From an uncultured Desulfobacterales bacterium (GTDB taxonomy: Bacteria; Desulfobacterota; Dissulfuribacteria; Dissulfuribacterales; JALVPX01): a DNA stretch of 64,000 bases. The translations under genes and the position numbers were made by a program. Below, piece by piece: positions 8,551-17,024 of the stretch. How positions within the stretch are numbered: the stretch's first letter is position 1; each line of letters begins with the position of its first letter. The stretch spans positions 84,011 through 148,010 of the forward strand of contig CAYWKF010000011.1 of the NCBI GenBank assembly GCA_964459155.1. The letters are read 5' to 3'. Under the pieces are notes generated by a model that did not search any database, was not told the DNA's origin, and saw nothing but the letters and a program-made list of their open reading frames with translations.

Positions 8551-9612
8551 ATGGGAATCGAAGACAAAACTTCCACAGGTGTAGTAAGGGATCAACGCTA
8601 CTTGGAACACGATCCAGGACCAAGCCATGTGGAATCGCCGCAAAGACTTCAGGCCATATATGATCGCATAGATGCAACTTCACTGGCTGAAGAAGTTGTG
8701 CGGATTGAGCCAAGGGAGGCCTCCAAGGAAGAGCTGGCCTGGAATCACACCATGAACTACATAGAGAGAATCGAGGCCACTGCCGGAAAACCAGTCTCCT
8801 ATCTGGACCCAGATACATCCACCAGCCCAGGTTCCTATCTTGCTGCCATATTGGCCGTTGGAGGCCTTTTCAACGGTATCGATTCTGTCATGGAAGGAAG
8901 AATCCAGAACGGTTTTGCCCTGGTCCGGCCTCCCGGGCATCATGCAGAAAGGGATCATGCCATGGGATTCTGCCTGTTCAATAATGTGGCGTTGGGAGCC
9001 CACTATCTCATGAAAGAACACGGGCTGGAAAAGGTCCTTATAATGGATTGGGATCTTCACCATGGCAACGGAACCCAGCACAGTTTTTATTCCGATCCTC
9101 ATGTGCTCTACATCTCGACCCACCAATTTCCATACTATCCAGGCACAGGTTCGGTTGACCAGATAGGGGAAGGGAAAGGTCAAGGATTTACTGTCAACAT
9201 CCCCCTTGGTGCCGGAATGGAAGATGCAGACTATGCAGCTGTTTTCAACAGGGTGATAGCACCTGTGGGTTCTGCCTTTGCCCCGGATTTCATCCTTGTT
9301 TCTGCAGGCTTTGACACCTATATGGCGGATCCGTTGGGGGGGATGAAGCTGACCGAAAAGGGCTTTGCCTACCAGGCCCATGTATTGATCGAACTGGCTA
9401 AGAAGGTCTGCAAGGGGCGGATACTGTTTTGTTTGGAAGGCGGATACAGCCTCAAAGGTCTTGCCGACGGTGTAGCAGCAGTGCTTTACGAGTGCCTTGG
9501 AAAGAGCATCCTAGATGGTAATACCCTTGCCTTTCTGAAAGGTGCAGAAGATGGTCCAACTGTGATCAACACGGTTCTGGATATACAAAAGAGATATTGG
9601 GCCATCGCTTAG
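8551..9612 (+). CDS. Histone deacetylase-family amidohydrolase (class II HDAC / AcuC / acetylpolyamine amidohydrolase-like)
   Basis: RPPGHHAE, GFCLFNNVA, DWDLHHGNGTQ and EGGY motifs. AAGGAGG precedes the ATG. Confidence 0.85.
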   Translation: MGIEDKTSTGVVRDQRYLEHDPGPSHVESPQRLQAIYDRIDATSLAEEVVRIEPREASKEELAWNHTMNYIERIEATAGKPVSYLDPDTSTSPGSYLAAILAVGGLFNGIDSVMEGRIQNGFALVRPPGHHAERDHAMGFCLFNNVALGAHYLMKEHGLEKVLIMDWDLHHGNGTQHSFYSDPHVLYISTHQFPYYPGTGSVDQIGEGKGQGFTVNIPLGAGMEDADYAAVFNRVIAPVGSAFAPDFILVSAGFDTYMADPLGGMKLTEKGFAYQAHVLIELAKKVCKGRILFCLEGGYSLKGLADGVAAVLYECLGKSILDGNTLAFLKGAEDGPTVINTVLDIQKRYWAIA

Positions 9613-9804
9613 ACGTAGTTTTCGATCTTGCCCGTCACAAAAAGAAGCATTCTGAAACCTTGAATGGAGATTGTGTGTCCAGGAGCGCTTCTTGTTATAC
9701 TATTCCCGCCTAAAAGCAAAATCTTCCCATTGTGTTTTTTTTCAAAGGGATGGTAAAATCAATGTTCATTAACTAGTCTCGTGATGAACCAAAAAAGGAG
9801 AAGG

Positions 9805-10497
9805 ATGATGAGGAACTGTATTAAAGCAATGGTTGTATTGTTAGTAATCTGCTTGGCTTCAACGGTAACCTTGTTTGCCAAAGACAAACACGCCACATTG
9901 CCAGCTGGCGTATATTTTTTAGACTTCGAAGACGTTTCAGTGGGTGGTCTGCCTGCTGGCTGGAAAATCGAAGCAACAGGCAGGCAGAGCCCTTTGGCAA
10001 CCTGGCAAGTCCAAGAAGACAAAAGTGCTCCTTCTGGAACCAAGGTCTTGGCCCTTTCAAAAACGAACCACAATTCAGGCGGCACCTTCAATTTGTGTTG
10101 GACTGATGGGATCTCTTTTAAAGATGGCGAAATAGAAGTTTCCTTCAAAGCAGTTAAGGGCAGAATCGATCAAGGCGGCGGCATCATTTGGAGAGTGCAA
10201 AACAGAAACAACTATTATGTTGCCCGCTTTAACCCACTGGAAGACAATTTCCGCATCTACTATGTGAGGGATGGAATAAGACGCATGATAGAAAGTGCCA
10301 GGGTCTCTTTGCAGCCTGGCAAATGGCACACCATGAAAATTACCCAGCAGGGAAGTGATTATGAGTGCTATCTAGACGGCCACAAACTGCTGGAAGGCAA
10401 TGATAGCCATTTCAAGCAGCCAGGTGGAGTGGGTCTTTGGACAAAGGCAGATGCAGTGACATCCTTTGACAACTTTAAGGTAGTGGGAGCCAACTAG
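9805..10497 (+). CDS. Secreted DUF1080-like (concanavalin/LamG-fold, 3-keto-disaccharide hydrolase family) protein
   Basis: AAGGAG lies before the ATG at 9805, then signal peptide MMRNCIKAMVVLLVICLASTVTLFA. GGGIIWRVQNRNNYYVARF..FRIYYV..GKWHTMKI..GGVGLWTKADAVTSFDNFKV is a DUF1080-like pattern. The ORF is open from 9781. Confidence 0.55.
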   Translation: MMRNCIKAMVVLLVICLASTVTLFAKDKHATLPAGVYFLDFEDVSVGGLPAGWKIEATGRQSPLATWQVQEDKSAPSGTKVLALSKTNHNSGGTFNLCWTDGISFKDGEIEVSFKAVKGRIDQGGGIIWRVQNRNNYYVARFNPLEDNFRIYYVRDGIRRMIESARVSLQPGKWHTMKITQQGSDYECYLDGHKLLEGNDSHFKQPGGVGLWTKADAVTSFDNFKVVGAN

Positions 10498-10499
10498 AG

Positions 10500-11522
10500 A
10501 TGCGCACCATCTTCAGTCTCATGTTACTCGTCGCTGTGATCATGGCTGCTGGCTGTGGGTCTTCACAGCAGAAACAACAAGAGCGTTTGGTCGTGGTCTA
10601 TGTTTCAGAAGACCAGGTCTTTTCCGAGCCAATCCTGAAGGATTTTGAAAAGGAGACAGGTATAAGGGTTAAGGCCGTTTATGATACGGAAGAGGCGAAA
10701 AGCACCGGGGTAATGAACAGGCTAATAGCTGAAAAAAATAACCCCCAGGCAGATGTTTATTGGGCCAATGAGCCCATCAGGGCAGAGCTGCTCAAGCAGA
10801 AAGGTGTTTCAGCCCCATACCACTCTCCGAACGGGGAGGGGATACCAGCTCTGTTCAAAGATCCTGACGGCTACTGGACAGGTTTTTCCGCCCGGGTGAG
10901 GGTGCTCATAGTTAACAAGTCTGTGGAAAAATCCCCCACTTCTATTTTTGATTTGACTGCTCCGGAATGGAAGGGCAGGGCTGTCATTGCCAATCCTCTG
11001 TTTGGCACCACAACCGCTCACGTGGCCGCTCTTTTTGCAGTGCTTGGAGATGAGGAGGCTGAAAAGTTCATGCGTCGTTTGAAGGAAAATGGCATTGCCA
11101 TTTCAACCAGCAACGGTGAAAGTGCAGACTTCGTGGCCTCTGGCCACTACGCCTTCAGCCTGGTAGACAGCGATGATGCAGTAAACAGGATGAGACAAGG
11201 CAGGCCAATCGAGATGGTTTATCCAGACCAGCAGGAAGGTGGGTTGGGCTGTTTTGTGGTGCCTAACGCAGTGGTCTTGGTAAAGGGAGCACCCCACCTT
11301 GAAGAGGCAAAAAAGTTGATCGATTACCTGCTTTCCAGCCAAACGGAAAAAAAGCTCGCCTTTGCAGACTGTGCCCAAATCCCCTTGCACTCTGGTGTAG
11401 AGATGCCACCTGAACTCAAATCAATAGAAGAATTGCGGGTCATGGCAGTCGACTATGGCATGGTGGCAAGAAAAATGGTAGAAATTCAACCATTTCTGCA
11501 ACAGTGGGCAGGCCTGAAGTAG
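10500..11522 (+). CDS. ABC transporter periplasmic substrate-binding protein, Fe(III)/thiamine-type (family 1)
   Basis: Lipoprotein-like MRTIFSLMLLVAVIMAAGCGS. VVVYVSEDQVFSEPILKDFEKETGIRVKAVYD and ADVYWANEP are typical of FbpA/AfuA-like binding proteins. It starts 2 nt after the preceding stop. Confidence 0.75.
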   Translation: MRTIFSLMLLVAVIMAAGCGSSQQKQQERLVVVYVSEDQVFSEPILKDFEKETGIRVKAVYDTEEAKSTGVMNRLIAEKNNPQADVYWANEPIRAELLKQKGVSAPYHSPNGEGIPALFKDPDGYWTGFSARVRVLIVNKSVEKSPTSIFDLTAPEWKGRAVIANPLFGTTTAHVAALFAVLGDEEAEKFMRRLKENGIAISTSNGESADFVASGHYAFSLVDSDDAVNRMRQGRPIEMVYPDQQEGGLGCFVVPNAVVLVKGAPHLEEAKKLIDYLLSSQTEKKLAFADCAQIPLHSGVEMPPELKSIEELRVMAVDYGMVARKMVEIQPFLQQWAGLK

Positions 11523-11568
11523 ACAGACTTCTAGAAAACGATATGCAAAAATATGGCTGCCTGCAACC

Positions 11569-13185
11569 ATGAGAGTTAACAAGCTACAATTTGACACGGC
11601 AGCCTTTTTCCTCTGGGGTGCGGTCCTGGTAATAGCAGTGGCAGGGCTGCTTCCCATGATTTCCATGGTGGCTCAAAGTCTCTTTGCAGAAGGAAAACCA
11701 ACCTTTTCGGCCTTCGAAAGCCTTTTTCACTCACTAAGGCATTGGAGCCTTTTGTTGAACAGCCTGGGCCTCGCCTTTGCGGTCTCAGCAACCACTGTAG
11801 CCGTGGGGGTGCCAATTGGCCTTTTCTTTGGAAAGAGCGATCTTCCTGGTACAAGGCCCATGTGCTTGCTCTATCTCGTGCCACTGCTGGTTCCGCCATA
11901 CATCATGGCCGTTGCCTGGTCAAATCTCTTAATGCCTCATGGCCTGTTGAGCCATTTCCTGAGCAGGTCGACCTTGGATTTAATGCACGGTTTTTTGTTC
12001 GGTTTTGGCGGCACCTTATTGGTTTTGTCAACTGTTTATCTTCCAATCCCCATGTTGTTGACAATCGCATTTTTGAACAGCATTGATCCAAGGCTCGAAG
12101 AAGCTGCCAGGATAGTAGCTCCATGGCCAAAGGTATTGGCTGAGATCACGATTCCCCTCATATTTCCAGGCATCCTCTTTTCCTTCCTCTTGGTCTTCGT
12201 TCTCGCATTGGGAGAGTTCAGTGTGCCTTCTTATTTGCGTTTCGAGGTCTTTTCCGTGGTCAGCTTCACCCACTTTTCGGCGCTCTATGACTTCAAGGCT
12301 GCAACTGTCTTTGCGCTTCCACTGGCACTGGTAACTCTTTTGCTGCTGGTAATTGAGGGAAAATTTCTACATGAAGAGACCTATGCAATAGCTCCCTTTT
12401 CAACTGGCAAAAGGTGCAACATCAGGCTTGGCAGTTATAAGATTCCACTTTTTGCAGCCGTGTTCTCACCGGCCGCCTTTCTTGTGATTTTGCCCATGGC
12501 GGGCCTTCTGGAAAGCGTCCAGGAAATCCATTTTTTTTCTACAGCTATTGAGAAGGCAGGGGATGCGCTTCTGAGAACCTTCCTTTATGCATTCATTGGA
12601 GCGAGTGTACTAACAGTAGTGGGCTTTTTTGTTGGATATTTGGTAAAAAACCATGCCGTTTTTTGCTGGCAATCAGTGGACAAGACGTGTCTTTTCCTCT
12701 TTGCCATGCCTGGAACAGTACTGGGAATAGGCCTTATAGGTCTGTGGAACAGGCCTGCCACTGCATTTGTATATGCAACATTCCTCATAATCCTGCTGGG
12801 TTACGTGGCGAAATATTGCGCATTGCCTAGCAGGATAATTGTGGCCCAGCTATTACAGGTGCCCGATTCCATGGAAGAGGCGGCAATGGTGGCAGGAGCA
12901 GGCTGGCTAAGAAGAATACTGTATGTTGTCATGCCGCTTTCTTTGCCTGGAATAGCTGCGGCATGGCTGGTGAGTTTTTTGTTTTGTATGCGCGACATCG
13001 ACATCACCATGCTCCTTTATCCACCAGGATGTGAAACTTTGCCTGTGAGAATATTTACCTTGATGGCAAATGGAGCACCTCCCTTGATTGCCGCCCTCTG
13101 TGTGCTAATGATGTTGGCAGTGGTTTTACCCGCTTCGCTTTTACTGGCTGTTTGGCCAAAGGGTGAAAAAGGGGTTTTCATATGA
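11569..13185 (+). CDS. ABC transporter permease, duplicated (FbpB-type, two MalFGK-like halves)
   Basis: 538 aa polytopic membrane protein with two EAA-like loops (DPRLEEAARIVAPW and PDSMEEAAMVAGAGW). Confidence 0.8.
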   Translation: MRVNKLQFDTAAFFLWGAVLVIAVAGLLPMISMVAQSLFAEGKPTFSAFESLFHSLRHWSLLLNSLGLAFAVSATTVAVGVPIGLFFGKSDLPGTRPMCLLYLVPLLVPPYIMAVAWSNLLMPHGLLSHFLSRSTLDLMHGFLFGFGGTLLVLSTVYLPIPMLLTIAFLNSIDPRLEEAARIVAPWPKVLAEITIPLIFPGILFSFLLVFVLALGEFSVPSYLRFEVFSVVSFTHFSALYDFKAATVFALPLALVTLLLLVIEGKFLHEETYAIAPFSTGKRCNIRLGSYKIPLFAAVFSPAAFLVILPMAGLLESVQEIHFFSTAIEKAGDALLRTFLYAFIGASVLTVVGFFVGYLVKNHAVFCWQSVDKTCLFLFAMPGTVLGIGLIGLWNRPATAFVYATFLIILLGYVAKYCALPSRIIVAQLLQVPDSMEEAAMVAGAGWLRRILYVVMPLSLPGIAAAWLVSFLFCMRDIDITMLLYPPGCETLPVRIFTLMANGAPPLIAALCVLMMLAVVLPASLLLAVWPKGEKGVFI

Positions 13186-13847
13186 ATCTTGTTCGTTTGG
13201 AATCGGTTTCCAAATCATACCAACGGACAGTGATCGTGAAGGAGGTAACCCTTTGTATAGCCAGAGGCGAAAGGCTTGTGCTGCTTGGTCCATCTGGCTG
13301 TGGAAAGACCACGCTTTTGCGCCTGATTGCAGGCCTTGATTCGCCAGATCAGGGGCAGATCTACCTAGAAGACGAACTTGCTTCAGACGGGCCCGCACTG
13401 TTGATTCCTCCCGAAAGGCGCAACATAGGCTTTGTGTTCCAAGACCTCGCCCTATGGCCCCATTTAACCGTATATGGAAATATCGAATTTGGTCTCAAGG
13501 CCCGCAAGGTCCCTGCCAATGAAAGACGCCAAAGAATTGACGAGATAGTGGAGATAGTCGGGCTCAAAGGTCTTGAGAAAAGGAAACCAGGGCAGCTTTC
13601 CGGCGGGCAGCAGCAGAGGGTGGCCTTAGCACGGGCCTTGGTGCTCAGGCCTAAGATAATATTGATGGACGAACCGTTGTCTAGCCTGGATTTGGCCCTT
13701 CGTTTCAAAATAGGCAACGAGATAGTGGGCCTACAGGAGCGTTTTGGCTTTACCATGGTCTATGTCACCCATGATAGAGAGGAGATGAAGCAAATATCCA
13801 CCAGGGTAGCCATTATGGAAAATGGGAGAATAAGGCTGGGGAGCTAG
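13182..13847 (+). CDS. ABC transporter ATP-binding protein (short; no C-terminal TOBE-type domain)
   Basis: Walker A GPSGCGKTT, signature LSGGQQQRVALARAL, Walker B ILMDEPLSSLD. It overlaps the permease stop by 4 nt. Confidence 0.9.
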   Translation: MNLVRLESVSKSYQRTVIVKEVTLCIARGERLVLLGPSGCGKTTLLRLIAGLDSPDQGQIYLEDELASDGPALLIPPERRNIGFVFQDLALWPHLTVYGNIEFGLKARKVPANERRQRIDEIVEIVGLKGLEKRKPGQLSGGQQQRVALARALVLRPKIILMDEPLSSLDLALRFKIGNEIVGLQERFGFTMVYVTHDREEMKQISTRVAIMENGRIRLGS

Positions 13848-13872
13848 CACATCTTGCCCCCAGCCTTTTTAT
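13834..13872 (+). terminator. Rho-independent terminator after the ABC operon
   Basis: GGCTGGGG (13834-13841) pairs with CCCCAGCC (13857-13864) and is followed by TTTTTATT. The stem overlaps the TAG stop. Confidence 0.6.
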
Positions 13873-13875
13873 TGT

Positions 13876-14508
13876 TCATGGCCCTTGTTCAGCGTTTTGG
13901 GTAGGGCCTTGGGCCATGCTGCTATTTTCTATCTCTTCCCAGCCAGTGAGCATGCCCTTCAAGTGAGACAAAGGTGTCTTGCCTGTTGTGGTCAGATAGC
14001 TGTGCAGGATCAGGAAGGCAAGCATCAAAAAAGCACCAGCACTATGCAAAATGGCAACACTGCCAAAGGAGATGCCGAGTGATTGGTTGTAATAGTAGAG
14101 TAGTCCCGTAACGAATAGCAAAGGAAATATGAATATCTTGAGAAAGAGATAGGCAAGCCTCTGTAGGGCATTTAACTTTTTTTCAGGATGTTTTTCATGG
14201 GGGTGGCATTCACCCTTGAATATGCCGCACGCATAGTAATAGCAGATTTCGGCCATCTTTTCCCTGATGGGCAGATAGTGTCTCCATTCACCAGTGGTAA
14301 AATGCCAAAAAATGGCAAAGGCAGTCAGGCCGAGCAGCGTCCAGGCGGAAATGTCATGCCATTTTACCGCCCTTTCAAATCCTAATAACGTATATGAGCC
14401 ATGAATCTCAAAGCCGGTAAGGAGAAGCACCAAAATCAAAATGGCTTGAAACCAGTGCCAAAATCTTTCAAAACGGCTGTATAAATAAACTTTTTCGGCC
14501 ATGATCAT
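13876..14508 (-). CDS. Membrane di-heme cytochrome b (Ni/Fe-hydrogenase / FdnI / PhsC-type b subunit)
   Basis: YSRFERFWHWFQAILILVLLLTGFEIHG opening, four predicted TM helices with conserved His. It starts 10 nt downstream of the cytochrome c gene. Confidence 0.8.
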   Translation of the reverse strand: MIMAEKVYLYSRFERFWHWFQAILILVLLLTGFEIHGSYTLLGFERAVKWHDISAWTLLGLTAFAIFWHFTTGEWRHYLPIREKMAEICYYYACGIFKGECHPHEKHPEKKLNALQRLAYLFLKIFIFPLLFVTGLLYYYNQSLGISFGSVAILHSAGAFLMLAFLILHSYLTTTGKTPLSHLKGMLTGWEEIENSSMAQGPTQNAEQGP

Positions 14509-14517
14509 TCCTCCGTC

Positions 14518-16089
14518 CTATTTTTTTCTGGCAAGAACAATCCTCAAGAGCCCGTGACCGATGACTAACAGCAGTGTTAATCCGCACAGCAGCCACCCGG
14601 CCTTGTCCACAAGATTGGAAAGATCTCTACCAGGGATGTAGACCCCTTTTACTGCTGCCAACCTGCCAGCCTGACGCCTGTGGCATTCTTGGCAATCGAG
14701 ACTCTTTTCCTTGGGGGGGATCATGTGGGAAAGTGGCAAATAATAGAGTGTTTCTACAAATTCGAGCTTGCCGCTGAAAGGCACTCCTGCTTCTTTCATC
14801 CCAGCCTCGGCTGCTTTGAGCCAGTCATATTCTGCCCAAAATGCACCGGAACCCTTTTTGCCAAAAAGTTTGGGAATAACCATTGTTTTGTTCTCAGGGT
14901 CATACGGCTGTTTGCCAAGATGGACCTTGAAAGGGTAAATCTTGGACTTCGGGTCCCCGGGTTCACCAAGTGGCTTGTTGAGCCAGATCCTGTTGTTCTG
15001 GGGCTCTTTTTTGTCTGTGACCACGGTGTGTTGCATGGTCCCGTTGAACCAGAAATATTCTGGAACAACGTCCTTATCCCATGCCATGGTGCCCTTTTTG
15101 GTATGGTAAGCTGGTTTGCCAAATTTGTCCTTTTTCACAATCGGTTTGTGATCCGGCCCAAATTCGCCTGCAGTTGACCAATCCCAAAAGATGTTGGTGG
15201 GCATGGAACGGGCATAGTAGGGAACATGGCAGCTTTGACATGCCACCTTGTCTGTGTGGTGGTTCAATTTTTCTTTTTTGTGTGGATTGAGACCATGACA
15301 TGATGCACATCTGATTCTGTGCCCGTCATCCTTTGGAAGTGCCAGCTGCTCCTTGCCCTCAGGCGGATTCCTATATTTGCGTCCATCAATCTCATGCTCA
15401 ATAGCAGTGTGGCAAGTGGAACAAGAAAAATTCAGTCCTTTGGCATCCATATGCACATCCAAATTTTTCTCTGGATTCGACAGGGTGCTGTCCAGATCAC
15501 CCCTCTTGACTCCATCTCCGCCACCGCTGTAAAAGTGGCACTTGCCGCAGCTTGCCCTGCTGGTCGGACCAACATTTTGTGCCACCATTTGTAAGTTGAC
15601 AGGTTCAAAGACCTTCTTACCAGCAAAAACTTTTCTTTCATAAGGCGGGTAGCCACAGGCAGTTGGAAATTTTTTGTACTTGCCTGTTGTGTCATGGCAA
15701 ATAAGGCAATCTATCTTTTCAGCATTGTTGAAATCAAAGGAATGGTCTTTCCAGCCGTAACCTGCATGGCAGCTGGTGCACCTGCACCAGTTCGAGGTCA
15801 CGGCCACTCAGAAGTTGTTGATTACATGCCTTTTCCCCAGCTTTCGGCCTTCAAAGTCTGATTCCCACGTCCAGTGGATGGTTTTTTGAAATTGTTCAGC
15901 AGCCTTGTTGTGGCACTTGAGGCACGCCTTGGTTACCTCTTCAGCGGTCTTGAAATCCTTCTTCAGCTCCTCAAATTTTCCATGGTCAGCAGTGGATGCG
16001 TCGGATCGGGTGGTTGTGCTTGGCTTGGAAAAGACGGCAGAAGGTAACAGGAGAGACAAAAATAAGACTAAAGGCAAGGTGGTTTTCAT
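14518..16089 (-). CDS. Octaheme c-type cytochrome (tetrathionate-reductase/Otr-like family) with an in-frame UGA at 15808-15810 and a C-terminal TM anchor; candidate selenoprotein
   Basis: The 93-aa ORF (signal peptide MKTTLPLVLFLSLLLPSAVFS plus heme 1 CLKCH) and the 429-aa ORF (CTSCH, CLICH, CGKCH, CSTCH, CASCH, CQSCH, CQECH) are contiguous in one frame. They are separated only by TGA: ..GKRHVINNF-U-VAVTSNWCRCTSCHAGYGW. This gives 8 CxxCH motifs in total. Confidence 0.65.
15773..15810 (-). promoter_or_regulatory. UGA codon plus downstream SECIS-like hairpin
   Basis: The minus strand reads UGA, then 17 nt, then CUGGUGC-AGGU-GCACCAG (7 bp stem, GGU-containing apical loop). Confidence 0.5.
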
Positions 16090-16364
16090 TTTGATTCCTC
16101 CTGTGTTAATTCAGGCTGATGCCAAGGTAAACACGAATCCGGAACAAGTCAATTATTTTCCATATGCTCAAAATAATTTTTATGGCCTCATTTCAAAAAA
16201 AACAAAATTTGTGTATTTTCAAGGAGTTCTAACTTTTTGAAGGAAAAGTAGTCATTGGGCTTTTTCCCTTTTTAGTTGATGAATTTCTGAAAGATGTCTA
16301 TTGTTCAGTGGTAAACTTAACTTTTAACTGCAAGCTTAGAAGCGAGATGTTGGGGAGTGATGTA

Positions 16365-17021
16365 ATGGCACCTTCTGGAAGAACCATTGCAATAGGTGAC
16401 ATACATGGTTGTAATGAAAAGTTGGAAGTGCTTTTGAAACGGCTGTCTATAGAAAAAGATGATACCTTGATCTTTTTGGGTGATTACATAGGCCGCGGCC
16501 CTAGTTCGAAAAGGGTTATTTCCGACATAATAGAATTGAAAAAAAGCCATAAAAACGTGATCTGTCTCCTTGGCAATCATGAAAACCTCCTGCTGGAATA
16601 TGTTCGTTCTCCAGAAGAGGTCTTGATTCCTTATTTGAGGCAACAGAGCATTGAATCATTCTTGGAGAGCTATGGTGAAAGCGATCTGAGGCACCTTCAC
16701 GATCTTTCATTCATGCCGAGGGAACATGTGGAATTTTTGAAATCGCTTCAACTCTATTACACAGAGGGTGATTACTTTTTTGTACATGCAGGTCTTATGC
16801 CCGGCCTTGCCTTTGAAAAGCATACTGCCATGGAGTTTTGCGAGGTGAGGGACGCCTTTTTGGAGTCACCAGTGGAAATAGGTAAGACTGTGGTGTTCGG
16901 CCACACACCCTTTGAGCTGCCCTTTGTGACAAAAGACAAGATCGGCATAGACACAGGTGCGGTATATGGAAATTTATTGACTGCAGTTGCGTTGCCTGAA
17001 ACAAGATTTTACCACGCCTGA
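16365..17021 (+). CDS. PPP-family metallophosphoesterase (Ser/Thr phosphatase / ApaH-like diadenosine tetraphosphatase)
   Basis: IAIGDIHGC, FLGDYIGRGP and LLGNHE motifs. The ORF is open from 16308, and the ATGs at 16347 and 16365 are candidate starts. Confidence 0.8.
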   Translation: MAPSGRTIAIGDIHGCNEKLEVLLKRLSIEKDDTLIFLGDYIGRGPSSKRVISDIIELKKSHKNVICLLGNHENLLLEYVRSPEEVLIPYLRQQSIESFLESYGESDLRHLHDLSFMPREHVEFLKSLQLYYTEGDYFFVHAGLMPGLAFEKHTAMEFCEVRDAFLESPVEIGKTVVFGHTPFELPFVTKDKIGIDTGAVYGNLLTAVALPETRFYHA

Positions 17022-17024
17022 ACC

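Noticed and set aside
8680-9381. 233-aa minus-strand ORF inside the deacetylase gene
   Set aside because: It is antisense to a gene with unambiguous HDAC catalytic motifs and has no independent support.
9755-9773. Possible Fur box (AAAATCAATGTTCATTAAC) upstream of the DUF1080/ABC operon
   Set aside because: By hand it matches only about 11 of 19 positions of the classical GATAATGATAATCATTATC consensus. That is too weak to call without a genome-specific motif model.
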